A stretch of DNA of 64,000 nt from IMG/VR virus record IMGVR_UViG_3300027734_000034; one strand, given 5' to 3'. A model generated the notes under the pieces. The model was not told the DNA's origin. It saw nothing but the letters and a program-made list of their open reading frames with translations, and searched no databases. Source of the stretch: a virus. Its lineage: Duplodnaviria; Heunggongvirae; Uroviricota; Caudoviricetes. A program made the position numbers and the translations under genes. Of this stretch, positions 41,331 to 50,355 are shown in pieces (the stretch's first letter is position 1; each line of letters starts with the position of its first letter).

Positions 41331-43072
41331 ACTTTAAAGAATTACACGAAGGCGCAGAGCCAAATATGCCTGGTGCCCCTAGTGGCATCAAGATTATGAC
41401 ACCTCAGCAGTTCGTTGCTAGTGCAGGTGATTCAAAATCTGATGAAGAGGTATCAGAAGGCGGTAATGCATTCATGCCAGGCATACAAAATACGGCAGAA
41501 TACAAAGCAGGTTTTGCAACAGGCAAGTTACCAGTTCCATATCCTGAAGGTACACAACAATATGCTAGCTATTACAAAGGAGTGATTGATAAGTCTACCC
41601 CTAATTTAAATAAAGGTACAGCAGGAAATTCGTTGACTGAATTTGCCCCTAGTGATGACGGTGATGATGGATTTAGTGAAGAAACACTAAAAGGTCTTGC
41701 AGCGCAATGGTGGAATGGTGATGAAGATCCTCGTGTAGAAAAATTATTGATGGCTGCAGGTTGGGAGATTGGTCAAGATGATGGGTATGACAACGGTGGT
41801 GTGTTTGTGGTGCGAGCCGGTGATGACAGTGGTCATAGTTATCTCAGTTGGCCAGCAGAAGAACTAAATCCTAATTTATCAGAAACACATTTAAATAGAA
41901 TTCGTAGCTTATCTGGATTAGTTGAAGCAACTAAACTACCAGCACAAACTCGTGATTTGGATAGTCAAGAATTTCAAGACTATATGAAGCGTATCGTTGG
42001 TACACCTGATTTAGACAAAGAAGGTAATGTTAAAGTAGATAAAAAAGGTAACGAAAAGTATACTACTGGCAAGACCAAAGGTGACAAATACAAGATGCCT
42101 TACATCCATCGTAGTAGTGTAGTTACATACTTAAGCCCAGATGGTAAAACATATGATGAAGATGCAGTTAAACAAACATTAGCAATTCGTCCTAAATCAT
42201 TATTAAAGCAAAATGAAAAGATGAAACATAGCAATGGTGAGTTTGAACAATTCTTCAATGTTGGATTTGCAGCATTAGTAGGAATTGCATTAGATGAACA
42301 AACTAATAAATTAATCATTGTTAATACTTGTCCAGGCGCTGGCTCTTGTAAAGTAGAGTGCTTTGCTATGAAAGGCGGCAAGATTCAATTCAAGGCTGCA
42401 TGGCAAAGTGACGGAAGAATACTAACATATCTATTAAATGATCCTGATGGTTTCTTCAATCAACTAAGTAGTGAAATATCTGCTGAGGCACAAGCAGCAG
42501 CAAAGGGTGATAAGAAATTCCCTAATGGTTGGCAAACAACAGTTCGCTGGCATGATGCTGGTGACTTCTTTAGTCCAGAATATTTAGACATGGCATTGAA
42601 GATGGCTGCTAAACATCCTGATGTTAAGTTCTATGCTTATACTAAAATGGCTGGAGCAGCATTAGCGGATAAGCCAGACAACTTCATTATCAATTGGAGT
42701 GAAGGTGCTAACACTGCACAAGAGAAACAAATCAAAGCACAAGATCCTAAGTTAGATAAAACAAAGAACAGTCGCATCGTTCCAGAGAAACTATTCTATG
42801 ACTTATTGGCTAAGGACGAGAAGGGCAATTTAGCAAAGACTCCAGATGGTGCATGGCAACCTGCAGGGCCGCAAGAATTACAACAAATGAAACAGCGTAT
42901 TGCAACAGAATACGGTATTAGTGCTAACTCTATTTTGAGTTATACTGAGTACATGGCTAAGAGAAATTCAATCCCAGCTGGAATGAAGTACAATGTTATT
43001 GTTGCACCAGGTGAAGGTGATGTTAGTGCTAACGACCCAGGCGTACTAAGTACCTTATTGCTAAGACATTAA
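41327..43072 (+). CDS. large hypothetical protein (581 aa) with CTS-like N-terminus MNFKELHE
   Basis: ORF with overlapping start; weak similarity of N-terminus to MRxxEFxxE leaders. Confidence 0.45.
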   Translation: MNFKELHEGAEPNMPGAPSGIKIMTPQQFVASAGDSKSDEEVSEGGNAFMPGIQNTAEYKAGFATGKLPVPYPEGTQQYASYYKGVIDKSTPNLNKGTAGNSLTEFAPSDDGDDGFSEETLKGLAAQWWNGDEDPRVEKLLMAAGWEIGQDDGYDNGGVFVVRAGDDSGHSYLSWPAEELNPNLSETHLNRIRSLSGLVEATKLPAQTRDLDSQEFQDYMKRIVGTPDLDKEGNVKVDKKGNEKYTTGKTKGDKYKMPYIHRSSVVTYLSPDGKTYDEDAVKQTLAIRPKSLLKQNEKMKHSNGEFEQFFNVGFAALVGIALDEQTNKLIIVNTCPGAGSCKVECFAMKGGKIQFKAAWQSDGRILTYLLNDPDGFFNQLSSEISAEAQAAAKGDKKFPNGWQTTVRWHDAGDFFSPEYLDMALKMAAKHPDVKFYAYTKMAGAALADKPDNFIINWSEGANTAQEKQIKAQDPKLDKTKNSRIVPEKLFYDLLAKDEKGNLAKTPDGAWQPAGPQELQQMKQRIATEYGISANSILSYTEYMAKRNSIPAGMKYNVIVAPGEGDVSANDPGVLSTLLLRH

Positions 43073-43893
43073 ACTTTAAGTATTTCTTCCAAAGAGTATA
43101 ACTCTTTCATATAGGGTGACACATTATCTAATACAGATATTGTTAAGTCACCCTTTCTTCTTGGGCCGTGTTTTACATCAAAGTCAGCATCATTGACCTT
43201 CTTGTATAGATCAACAATCTGTCTAACTGAACGACCTATACCGTGACCTAATGATTCTATTTGATTGCTTGGTTTCTCAATTGCAGTATGTAATGCATCA
43301 CATATCTCATTAACATGCACATAGTCACGAATGCAAGTTCCATCAAATGTATTATAATCTGTACCAAAGATAGTAAACTCACCCTTGTCTTTTGCCTGCA
43401 TTAAATTGTGCATCAATCCATCTGGATTGGTTGGCGCAAATCCATCGCTACCAATTACATTGTAGAATCTAAAGATAGTATATGGTGTAGGTCTATGCTG
43501 TGTACAATATTCACGCACAACATCTTCTGCGGCACGTTTACTTATACCATATGCACTAGCACAACCTTCTGCTGCACCAGTACTAGCAAATATAAAGTTC
43601 TTTGTTTTTATCTTGTTGATGACATTCATTGTGCCATTTAAGTTAGTGATGTAATATTGAATAGGAATTTGTTCACTTTCACCTACATTAACTAATGCAG
43701 CCAAATGAATTATTGCGTCAAATTCAATTGATAAGTCAATTAGTTTGCGTATATCATGTTGATAGAATTCACGCAATCCGTCAGCTTGTGGAATATTGAT
43801 ATCTAGTCCATGCACTTCATACTTGTCAGCTAACATCTTAATTAGATGACTACCAATATATCCTGAACAACCTGTTATTAATATTTTTTTCAT
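43069..43893 (-). CDS. NAD-dependent epimerase/dehydratase (SDR family)
   Basis: ILITGCSGYIGSHL Rossmann motif; YGISK catalytic YxxxK. Confidence 0.55.
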   Translation of the reverse strand: MKKILITGCSGYIGSHLIKMLADKYEVHGLDINIPQADGLREFYQHDIRKLIDLSIEFDAIIHLAALVNVGESEQIPIQYYITNLNGTMNVINKIKTKNFIFASTGAAEGCASAYGISKRAAEDVVREYCTQHRPTPYTIFRFYNVIGSDGFAPTNPDGLMHNLMQAKDKGEFTIFGTDYNTFDGTCIRDYVHVNEICDALHTAIEKPSNQIESLGHGIGRSVRQIVDLYKKVNDADFDVKHGPRRKGDLTISVLDNVSPYMKELYSLEEILKV

Positions 43894-45260
43894 GTAAATG
43901 AAAACAGACTTTCGCCTGTCTCTTCCTCTGTTGGTTTGTATGTTGGGTCTTTACTTAGATAACTATTATCATCTGTGTATATATTAACAATAAATTTGTA
44001 ACGGTTAGCCAACACACTTTCAAAATCTTCACGGGCTAAATGACTACGATTCAATTCTTTGATATAGTCACGGTAGCATATTGTATCATAATTATTAATC
44101 TTTGCTGCATTTGTATTGCTGCGTTTTGCTACAAAATCATCTAAGAACTTTATCCAACCTTGTGCAGTATCATCATCTAGTTTTTTGATATAGTCTAATG
44201 CACCAGTATTGTAATAGTTGTCAACAATATATAACATACTAATTAGATTGCTAGCGTTTGCTAGTTTCTCTTTATAGAAATATTTTTCATCAAAGTTATC
44301 AGACCATTCTTGATTGTCTAATACAACGCATGGCATATGACCAAGACATTCACTAAACGCAAAAGGATAATTTTCACCTAATGCTGGCATAAAGAATACT
44401 TTACAACTCTTAATGAAGTCTACCTTTTCTTGTCCTACAATAGCTACTTTAATTTCATAGTCTGTAATACCTGCTTCACTAAATGCTTTCTCAAACTTCT
44501 TAGCACCAGTACTATTAGTCATTACTTTGCAAGGTAAACCTGTTTCTTTCATTACTTTAATATAAGCGGACGGGTTCTTGCGTTCTTCCCATCGTCCAAT
44601 AAACAATACACCACTACGAGGTCCATTGTTAGGTTCAAGCAATTTTCTCTCACTTAATGGCATACGCAATAGTGATACATTCTTTGCACCATACTTAGTC
44701 ATCTCATCAACATTCTTTTGACTTTGTGTTCCTACAAAACTATGTGATAGTTCCATATGCTTGTTAAAGAAGTTATGATATTCATCTAAGCATACATCAC
44801 TAAAGTCTTGTTCATCACGGAACACCATGCTATATGAATGAGTATAGAATACAACTGGAATATACTTACCTATTCCCATTGCATAAGCAGCACTCATTGC
44901 CTCTTGCGTGTTACACACTAGCATATCATAGATATTAGACTCAAAAGCAAGCATGAGACTTTTTCTAAAGTTAACCATCTTTTCAAAATTGATACTATCA
45001 CTAAATGCAAATGTACCTGTATGATCTGAATAGCGTATACCAGAATCTGTATATATGATATTTGCACCCAATGACTTAACCAATGTAGCTAAATCGTTTG
45101 TTGGTTCTTTATCTAATATGATATCAACTTTCCAGTTGATACGATCTCCTAGTTCAGTAAATCCCTTAGCAAATTGACCTATACCACCATGTGTTATAAA
45201 GTGCTGATCACTAATTAAAAATCCAATACGTTTATTATATATCCGCATTCCATACCTCAT
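43890..45260 (-). CDS. GT-B glycosyltransferase (GT4-like)
   Basis: E-x7-E motif ENYPFAFSECLGHMPCVV in C-terminal domain; two-domain size 456 aa. Confidence 0.4.
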   Translation of the reverse strand: MRYGMRIYNKRIGFLISDQHFITHGGIGQFAKGFTELGDRINWKVDIILDKEPTNDLATLVKSLGANIIYTDSGIRYSDHTGTFAFSDSINFEKMVNFRKSLMLAFESNIYDMLVCNTQEAMSAAYAMGIGKYIPVVFYTHSYSMVFRDEQDFSDVCLDEYHNFFNKHMELSHSFVGTQSQKNVDEMTKYGAKNVSLLRMPLSERKLLEPNNGPRSGVLFIGRWEERKNPSAYIKVMKETGLPCKVMTNSTGAKKFEKAFSEAGITDYEIKVAIVGQEKVDFIKSCKVFFMPALGENYPFAFSECLGHMPCVVLDNQEWSDNFDEKYFYKEKLANASNLISMLYIVDNYYNTGALDYIKKLDDDTAQGWIKFLDDFVAKRSNTNAAKINNYDTICYRDYIKELNRSHLAREDFESVLANRYKFIVNIYTDDNSYLSKDPTYKPTEEETGESLFSFT

Positions 45261-45432
45261 CTACAGCCGGGACAGTAATCCATTCAGTTAATTCTTTTCT
45301 AATTAGAAATGAACCTGTTCTTGGATTTGTTATGCTGTAATCTGTTATTTCACGTTCATAACGATATTGCAATATCTTCTCTGGACCTTCTTCCCAATTG
45401 GGTGTAACAAGCCAACGCATCTCAAATTTCAT
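45235..45432 (-). CDS. hypothetical protein (65 aa)
   Basis: ORF only. Confidence 0.35.
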   Translation of the reverse strand: MKFEMRWLVTPNWEEGPEKILQYRYEREITDYSITNPRTGSFLIRKELTEWITVPAVDEVWNADI

Positions 45433-45674
45433 ATTAAATCCTTTAATCTTGCTATTAAATATTCATCTTTATCGTACCAACGATGTTCATACAACCAATC
45501 TGTATCACCTGCTCTGTATCCTGCGGTAATACAATATGCATTCTCTAACCACATTGTACGCTTTGTTATATGGCATTGTCTAGGCAATAGGGTAAACTTT
45601 AATTTTCTACCCATAATACATTTTTTAAAATGATAATCACCGGCTGTTTGTGTAGTCCAATCACTTGAGGGCAT
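45429..45674 (-). CDS. hypothetical protein (81 aa)
   Basis: ORF only. Confidence 0.35.
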   Translation of the reverse strand: MPSSDWTTQTAGDYHFKKCIMGRKLKFTLLPRQCHITKRTMWLENAYCITAGYRAGDTDWLYEHRWYDKDEYLIARLKDLI

Positions 45675-45769
45675 TATTCTCTATCCACTCTAGCATTTAC
45701 ATTAGCACGATGTGCCATATAGAATACCGCTACTATGTATCCAAGTAAGAATCCCCAGAAGAATGTCAT
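45674..45769 (-). CDS. possible 31-aa single-TM peptide (MTFFWGFLLGYIVAVFYMAHRANVNARVDRE)
   Basis: Found by hand; stop TAA overlaps ATG of next gene (TAATG). Confidence 0.3.
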   Translation of the reverse strand: MTFFWGFLLGYIVAVFYMAHRANVNARVDRE

Positions 45770-46612
45770 TTAAGTGCCCCATTCGTTTTTGAATAACGGC
45801 ACTTGTAGTCTATCACTGTACCGCCATCCTTTTCGCATTGCCATTTCTGCAACCGCCCTATTATTAAGATTGTACACCCGCTCAACGCCACCACAAGGCA
45901 TAAGATAGACATGACCACGAAAACCCCTCTTACGATACGCATTTACTGCCTCCTCAGCTTCTTCCATATCCTCGTTAGTAGCTACTACAAATTTGAGATA
46001 TGTATGCCCAACTTGGCTATATTCATAGATTATGTCTGGGCAGATAGCATCATCCCACTTCTCACCACTGATGCTGAGTTTAGGACTGACGCTGAATGTG
46101 ATAGAACCCATGCTACGACTTGTACACCATTTATTCAAGAAGAATCGTAGATCCTGATGTAATGATTGTGTACCATTAGTCTCAAAAGTTAGTTCTTGTA
46201 AGCTACGCATCTTCTCGTTTGAAAGTAAATCAACAAAACTACGCTGCCAACCTAGTAGTGGCTCACCACCAGTGATGACAAGATGCTCATCTAACCAACG
46301 CTTCTCTGGCAACATATCCATGATACTACTAACAATACTATCAGTTTCAAGCATTGGACTTAAGTCTTTGAATCTGGGATCCCAACTCGCATAGCTATCA
46401 CATCCTGTACTGACAAGTGGTAACATTTTGTAATCAGTATACTTTGTCGGGTCGATATTATTTGCTTCCTCGCTTAGTTTACCTTTCGGCATACCAAAGC
46501 CTGCACATTTGAAGTTACATCCGAATGTTCGTAGAAATACTGAGGGGACACCCATGTATCTACCTTCACCTTGAATGCTATAGAATAGTTCTGCTATTTT
46601 TAATTTTGCCAT
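45770..46612 (-). CDS. queE: 7-carboxy-7-deazaguanine synthase (QueE-like radical SAM)
   Basis: N-terminus AELFYSIQGEGRYMGVPSVFLRTFGCNFKC matches QueE E.FxSxQGEG...G.P.xFxRxxGC; Cys cluster spacing atypical (CxxxC...C). Confidence 0.6.
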   Translation of the reverse strand: MAKLKIAELFYSIQGEGRYMGVPSVFLRTFGCNFKCAGFGMPKGKLSEEANNIDPTKYTDYKMLPLVSTGCDSYASWDPRFKDLSPMLETDSIVSSIMDMLPEKRWLDEHLVITGGEPLLGWQRSFVDLLSNEKMRSLQELTFETNGTQSLHQDLRFFLNKWCTSRSMGSITFSVSPKLSISGEKWDDAICPDIIYEYSQVGHTYLKFVVATNEDMEEAEEAVNAYRKRGFRGHVYLMPCGGVERVYNLNNRAVAEMAMRKGWRYSDRLQVPLFKNEWGT

Positions 46613-46615
46613 GTT

Positions 46616-47713
46616 TTATTGCCTGAATGAATTTATGTCACCTAAATATACTTTTTTGTTTTTAAAAATATCATCTTTTAATATTTCTTTTAGTAAAATT
46701 TTATCTTCTGCGTTTAAATTTAATCTATCGTACATAATGTTATCTAAATGTCCCCACTGCCGTATACTATTAAAATATATACCTGTCAAGTTTTCATATG
46801 ATAATTGCCAATTAATATAGTCTTTAATTTCTTTATAATTACCTTTTTGGACAGTAAAAGAAGTACTCCAGCCAATAAAATTTTTAAAACTGTTACTTAT
46901 AATCATTTCATTAAGAAATTTTAAATTTTCATCTAATTTATCTTTAGATCCATTTATTCTTATCTTTGAATAAGTTTCATTTGAAAATGCATCGATACTT
47001 ACTGTAATATGTGTGATATTATTCCATAATGGTTTTATTTGATTCCAGCGTGATTCTGTCATTAAAATACCGTTGGTCATTAGTTTTATTGTTAAATTTT
47101 CATTTAGATTTTTTGTTGACAATGTTTTTAAGTAATTCCAATAAGTAGGACTTGCAAAAGCATCTCCACTACCAGTAATGTTTATACTAACCTTTTCACC
47201 TTGTTCTAATAAATAATCAACAAGTTTTTCAACTTTGTCATTGATATTATCTATTTGTTTATTTTCTCCCAATTTATGAAGTATTAAATTATTACGACAA
47301 CTAGGACATTGCAAATTACATGATAAATCATAACAAAAATGAATTATGATTGAATTAGAATTTTTATAAAAATCTAATAATTGCAAAGGTACAATTGTAT
47401 TACCAGGCATTACTTTATCATTTAACATTTGACTAATAAAAGGACAATAGTCATTGCAGTTTGTGAATTTACCCTCACTCATATCTGATATCATAGCTAG
47501 TCGTTCTGAATTATTAATGATATCTTCTATTGAATCTGTAATAATATTGCCGCAAAATTTTGGTAACCAAGAAAAACAACATATAGTAATATCACCATTG
47601 TGGTGAATTTCTAAATGTTTTGATATTTTATAACAGCCGAAATTTTTTAAATATTCCTGTGTTCTTGCATACTCATTTTCTGATTTCATTAAAAAATTCA
47701 TGTTATGATTCAA
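46616..47713 (-). CDS. radical SAM domain protein of unknown function
   Basis: CNLQCPSC (CxxxCxxC) motif about 130 aa from N-terminus; additional Cys pairs near N-terminus; 365 aa. Confidence 0.55.
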   Translation of the reverse strand: MNHNMNFLMKSENEYARTQEYLKNFGCYKISKHLEIHHNGDITICCFSWLPKFCGNIITDSIEDIINNSERLAMISDMSEGKFTNCNDYCPFISQMLNDKVMPGNTIVPLQLLDFYKNSNSIIIHFCYDLSCNLQCPSCRNNLILHKLGENKQIDNINDKVEKLVDYLLEQGEKVSINITGSGDAFASPTYWNYLKTLSTKNLNENLTIKLMTNGILMTESRWNQIKPLWNNITHITVSIDAFSNETYSKIRINGSKDKLDENLKFLNEMIISNSFKNFIGWSTSFTVQKGNYKEIKDYINWQLSYENLTGIYFNSIRQWGHLDNIMYDRLNLNAEDKILLKEILKDDIFKNKKVYLGDINSFRQ

Positions 47714-48192
47714 TCTTTAAATTCATTATCTTCTCTGTGTCCTTGACGACCTGCCATGTTTGAATCAGTCTCACGTACTTCTACTTTACAGCACCAAACA
47801 CGTTTGGCTTCTTCACTGCCGCAGTTGGGTAAGAAGATAGTGTTCACATATTCATATAAGAAATCACTGATACCTTCACATCCTGTCTTTTCAACCTCTG
47901 TAATTTTTGCTAGTTTAAGTTTACCTAGATTCAATAGATGTTCACGCATCGGGTCATCTTGTGCGACTAGTAATGTATGATCGAACCATTCTTCTAATTT
48001 TTCTTTGAGTGGTTTCAAGCCACCAAAGTCAGTCACCCAGTTTCGTGCATCTAATGTATCCGCTTCAAATTCAAAATGAAACGACATTGCGTAACCATGA
48101 ATCATGTTACAATGACTATCTGCACGCCATTGACGATAAGCTACTGGACCTATCTGTTTGTACGTTTTTGTACTGAAATATTTTTTTGCCAT
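47710..48192 (-). CDS. queD: QueD/PTPS-family protein (6-carboxytetrahydropterin synthase-like), divergent metal site
   Basis: SHCNMIHGYAMSFHFEFE vs QueD HKCGRLHGHSFMVRLEI; WFDHTLLV vs LDHHYLN; third His replaced by Tyr. Confidence 0.5.
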   Translation of the reverse strand: MAKKYFSTKTYKQIGPVAYRQWRADSHCNMIHGYAMSFHFEFEADTLDARNWVTDFGGLKPLKEKLEEWFDHTLLVAQDDPMREHLLNLGKLKLAKITEVEKTGCEGISDFLYEYVNTIFLPNCGSEEAKRVWCCKVEVRETDSNMAGRQGHREDNEFKD

Positions 48193-48266
48193 GTTGTTCT
48201 CCTATGTTAATTATAGCATAGGCAGCAGAATTTGTAAAGCGGGATGATGACCGAAGACCGCTATCT

Positions 48267-48728
48267 TTATTTATCCTTTGATTCAGCTTGTACTACACGC
48301 TTACGCAAACTACTGCTACTGAAACTATGGTCACGGCTATTGAATACTAATTCAATCTTACGCTTCTCGCAGATTGCTCTACCAGTAAAGTCTTTCTCCA
48401 TGTACTCAACCCCTAGTATACGCACATCTACTGGCAATGTCAACAGTATGTCTTCCAAATCTTTTTCTGTATTGTAAACAACAATTTCATCTACAAAACG
48501 GACAGCACTTAAACTGATTTGGCGTTCAACAATACTTTGAATGGGAGCATTCTTATCTGGTCTATCCCATTGTGCATTATTTTGTAACCCAGCAATGAGG
48601 TAATCGCAATGATTCTTAGCTTCACTAAGCATTGCGATATGTCCTGCATGTAATATATCAAATTGCGAGAACACGATACCTATCTTTAGGCCTTGTAATT
48701 TTAGTTCTTTGATACGGTTGAATATCAT
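48267..48728 (-). CDS. cytidylyltransferase-family nucleotidyltransferase (TagD/RfaE-II-like, HxGH motif)
   Basis: IGIVFSQFDILHAGHIAMLSEAKNHCDYLIAG aligns with TagD [30 protein letters not shown]. Confidence 0.6.
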   Translation of the reverse strand: MIFNRIKELKLQGLKIGIVFSQFDILHAGHIAMLSEAKNHCDYLIAGLQNNAQWDRPDKNAPIQSIVERQISLSAVRFVDEIVVYNTEKDLEDILLTLPVDVRILGVEYMEKDFTGRAICEKRKIELVFNSRDHSFSSSSLRKRVVQAESKDK

Positions 48729-48997
48729 TCTTCAACTCCAAAAAAGTGTTCTTTAATTGCTACATAACTGTCAACACCACATTGAACATAACCATCCCAA
48801 TGTGTGTCCTTCATCATAAGTTCATCTTCCAGCACAGGCAGATATTGTTCTCTTACTTGATTCATACATTCAGCTATAATCAATTCAGCAAGATTTTCTA
48901 AGTTTTGTTTGTCATCATCATGCCCGTATAAGCTAGACCGTTTTAATGCCCAATCAAATCCAGCCTGTTCAGCAAGTTGTTGAATTCGTTCGTTCAT
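48725..48997 (-). CDS. MNERI/HFGVE small-protein family member
   Basis: MNERIQQLAEQAG, NLENLAELIIAEC, C-terminus KEHFFGVEE. Confidence 0.5.
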   Translation of the reverse strand: MNERIQQLAEQAGFDWALKRSSLYGHDDDKQNLENLAELIIAECMNQVREQYLPVLEDELMMKDTHWDGYVQCGVDSYVAIKEHFFGVEE

Positions 48998-49677
48998 TTC
49001 CCACCCCGAGCCAATTGATAGAATTCTGCTCTTGCTGCTGGATCACTTTTGAATCCACCACCTAATTTACTTGTAACAGTACTAGAGCCAGTATCTTCTA
49101 CACCTCTTGATTTAACACAATAATGTTGTGCATCAATCATGACCGCAACATCTTCTGTCTCAAGGATATATTGCAATGCGTGAAAGATTTGTTCTGTCAA
49201 TCGTTCTTGTATTTGTGGACGCTTGCTAAAGTATTCTACGATACGATTGATTTTACTCAATCCAAGTACTTTCTGATTGGGAACGTATGCCACAGTTGCT
49301 AGTCCATCGATGACTACAAAGTGATGTTCGCAATTGCTTTGTACATTGATATTGCGTTCGCATACCATTTCGTTGTACTTCATCTTGTTATCAACTGCTG
49401 TACATTTAGGAAATGCCTCATAATCTAATCCCCAAAAGATTTCATTGACATACATCTTTGCTACACGTTTTGGGGTGTCAATCAGACTATCATCTGTTAA
49501 GTCAAGACCTAATGCTGTCATAATATCAGCAAATAATACTTCAATGACTTCAATCTTGCCTTTACGGTCGATGATTTGACCTGTCTCTTTGATAGGAGTT
49601 TCAACTCCCATCTTAACCAAATGTTCGTGTACTTTTTGACCCAACTCTGGATCTGTTTTTGTTTTATTATAACTCAT
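48994..49677 (-). CDS. folE: GTP cyclohydrolase I
   Basis: CEHH motif (NCEHHFVV), C-terminal QHYCVKSRGVEDTGSSTVTS region typical of FolE; strong RBS AAGGAAGG. Confidence 0.8.
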   Translation of the reverse strand: MSYNKTKTDPELGQKVHEHLVKMGVETPIKETGQIIDRKGKIEVIEVLFADIMTALGLDLTDDSLIDTPKRVAKMYVNEIFWGLDYEAFPKCTAVDNKMKYNEMVCERNINVQSNCEHHFVVIDGLATVAYVPNQKVLGLSKINRIVEYFSKRPQIQERLTEQIFHALQYILETEDVAVMIDAQHYCVKSRGVEDTGSSTVTSKLGGGFKSDPAARAEFYQLARGGK

Positions 49678-49713
49678 AGATAACCTTCCTTTGTGATGGT
49701 TTTTGTTTTGAAA

Positions 49714-49739
49714 TGTAAGCTACCGTTGTGTAGCTTACA
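49714..49739 (-). other. 10-bp perfect hairpin TGTAAGCTAC-N6-GTAGCTTACA in folE 5' region, downstream of GATAAATAA box (49743-49751)
   Basis: Seen in sequence; followed on minus RNA by UUUCAAAAC; either terminator of upstream small gene or 5'-UTR structure. Confidence 0.4.
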
Positions 49740-49756
49740 TATTTATTTATCACAGA

Positions 49757-49945
49757 TTAAGCCTTAGCTTCTTTTCTTGCTGCTTTTTCAGCGGTGATTT
49801 CATTACGGCGAGCCTTGACTGCTTTAGCTAGTTCACCCAATGCTTTACGGGCACGAGTTCCTGCTGCTGCATTACCTTTTTCAAATTTTTCATGTTCGGC
49901 TTCGTATGCTGCCAATTGTGTTTTAATATCATTATGTGCGTTCAT
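49757..49945 (-). CDS. small Ala/Lys-rich helical protein (62 aa)
   Basis: ORF only. Confidence 0.35.
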   Translation of the reverse strand: MNAHNDIKTQLAAYEAEHEKFEKGNAAAGTRARKALGELAKAVKARRNEITAEKAARKEAKA

Positions 49946-49970
49946 TTTATTTCCTTTTTAAAATTTTTTT

Positions 49971-50354
49971 TTATTCGTCAAGTCTGGTGATTTCTAAATC
50001 ACAATCAATAATCATTTCGCATTCGTCTTGACTCCAGCCGTGTTCTTCTAAGTCAAGCCAAGAATTACCTTCTTCAAAGAATTCTTCTATCCAAGCTGTA
50101 GTTTCTTCATCACAGTCATCTGTGTCAACTTCTTCCCAGCAACCATCGCTAGTTTCAACTAGTTCAGCTTCATATCCGCAGTCGTACATATCTACTCCTG
50201 CTTCAATATCAGGGGGATTATCATCTTCTGTTTCTACAGTAAATTCTCCCCAACGCCATCCTGTTTCAACCATGACCTTATTACCATCTTTAGTAAGATA
50301 GTTACGTTCAATGATTGATTTCTTCCATGTTGGTTTTACACTCCATATTGCCAT
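49971..50354 (-). CDS. highly acidic small protein (127 aa)
   Basis: Asp/Glu-rich: EVDTDDCDEETTAWIEEFFEEGNSWLDLEEHGW. Confidence 0.45.
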   Translation of the reverse strand: MAIWSVKPTWKKSIIERNYLTKDGNKVMVETGWRWGEFTVETEDDNPPDIEAGVDMYDCGYEAELVETSDGCWEEVDTDDCDEETTAWIEEFFEEGNSWLDLEEHGWSQDECEMIIDCDLEITRLDE

Positions 50355-50355
50355 T

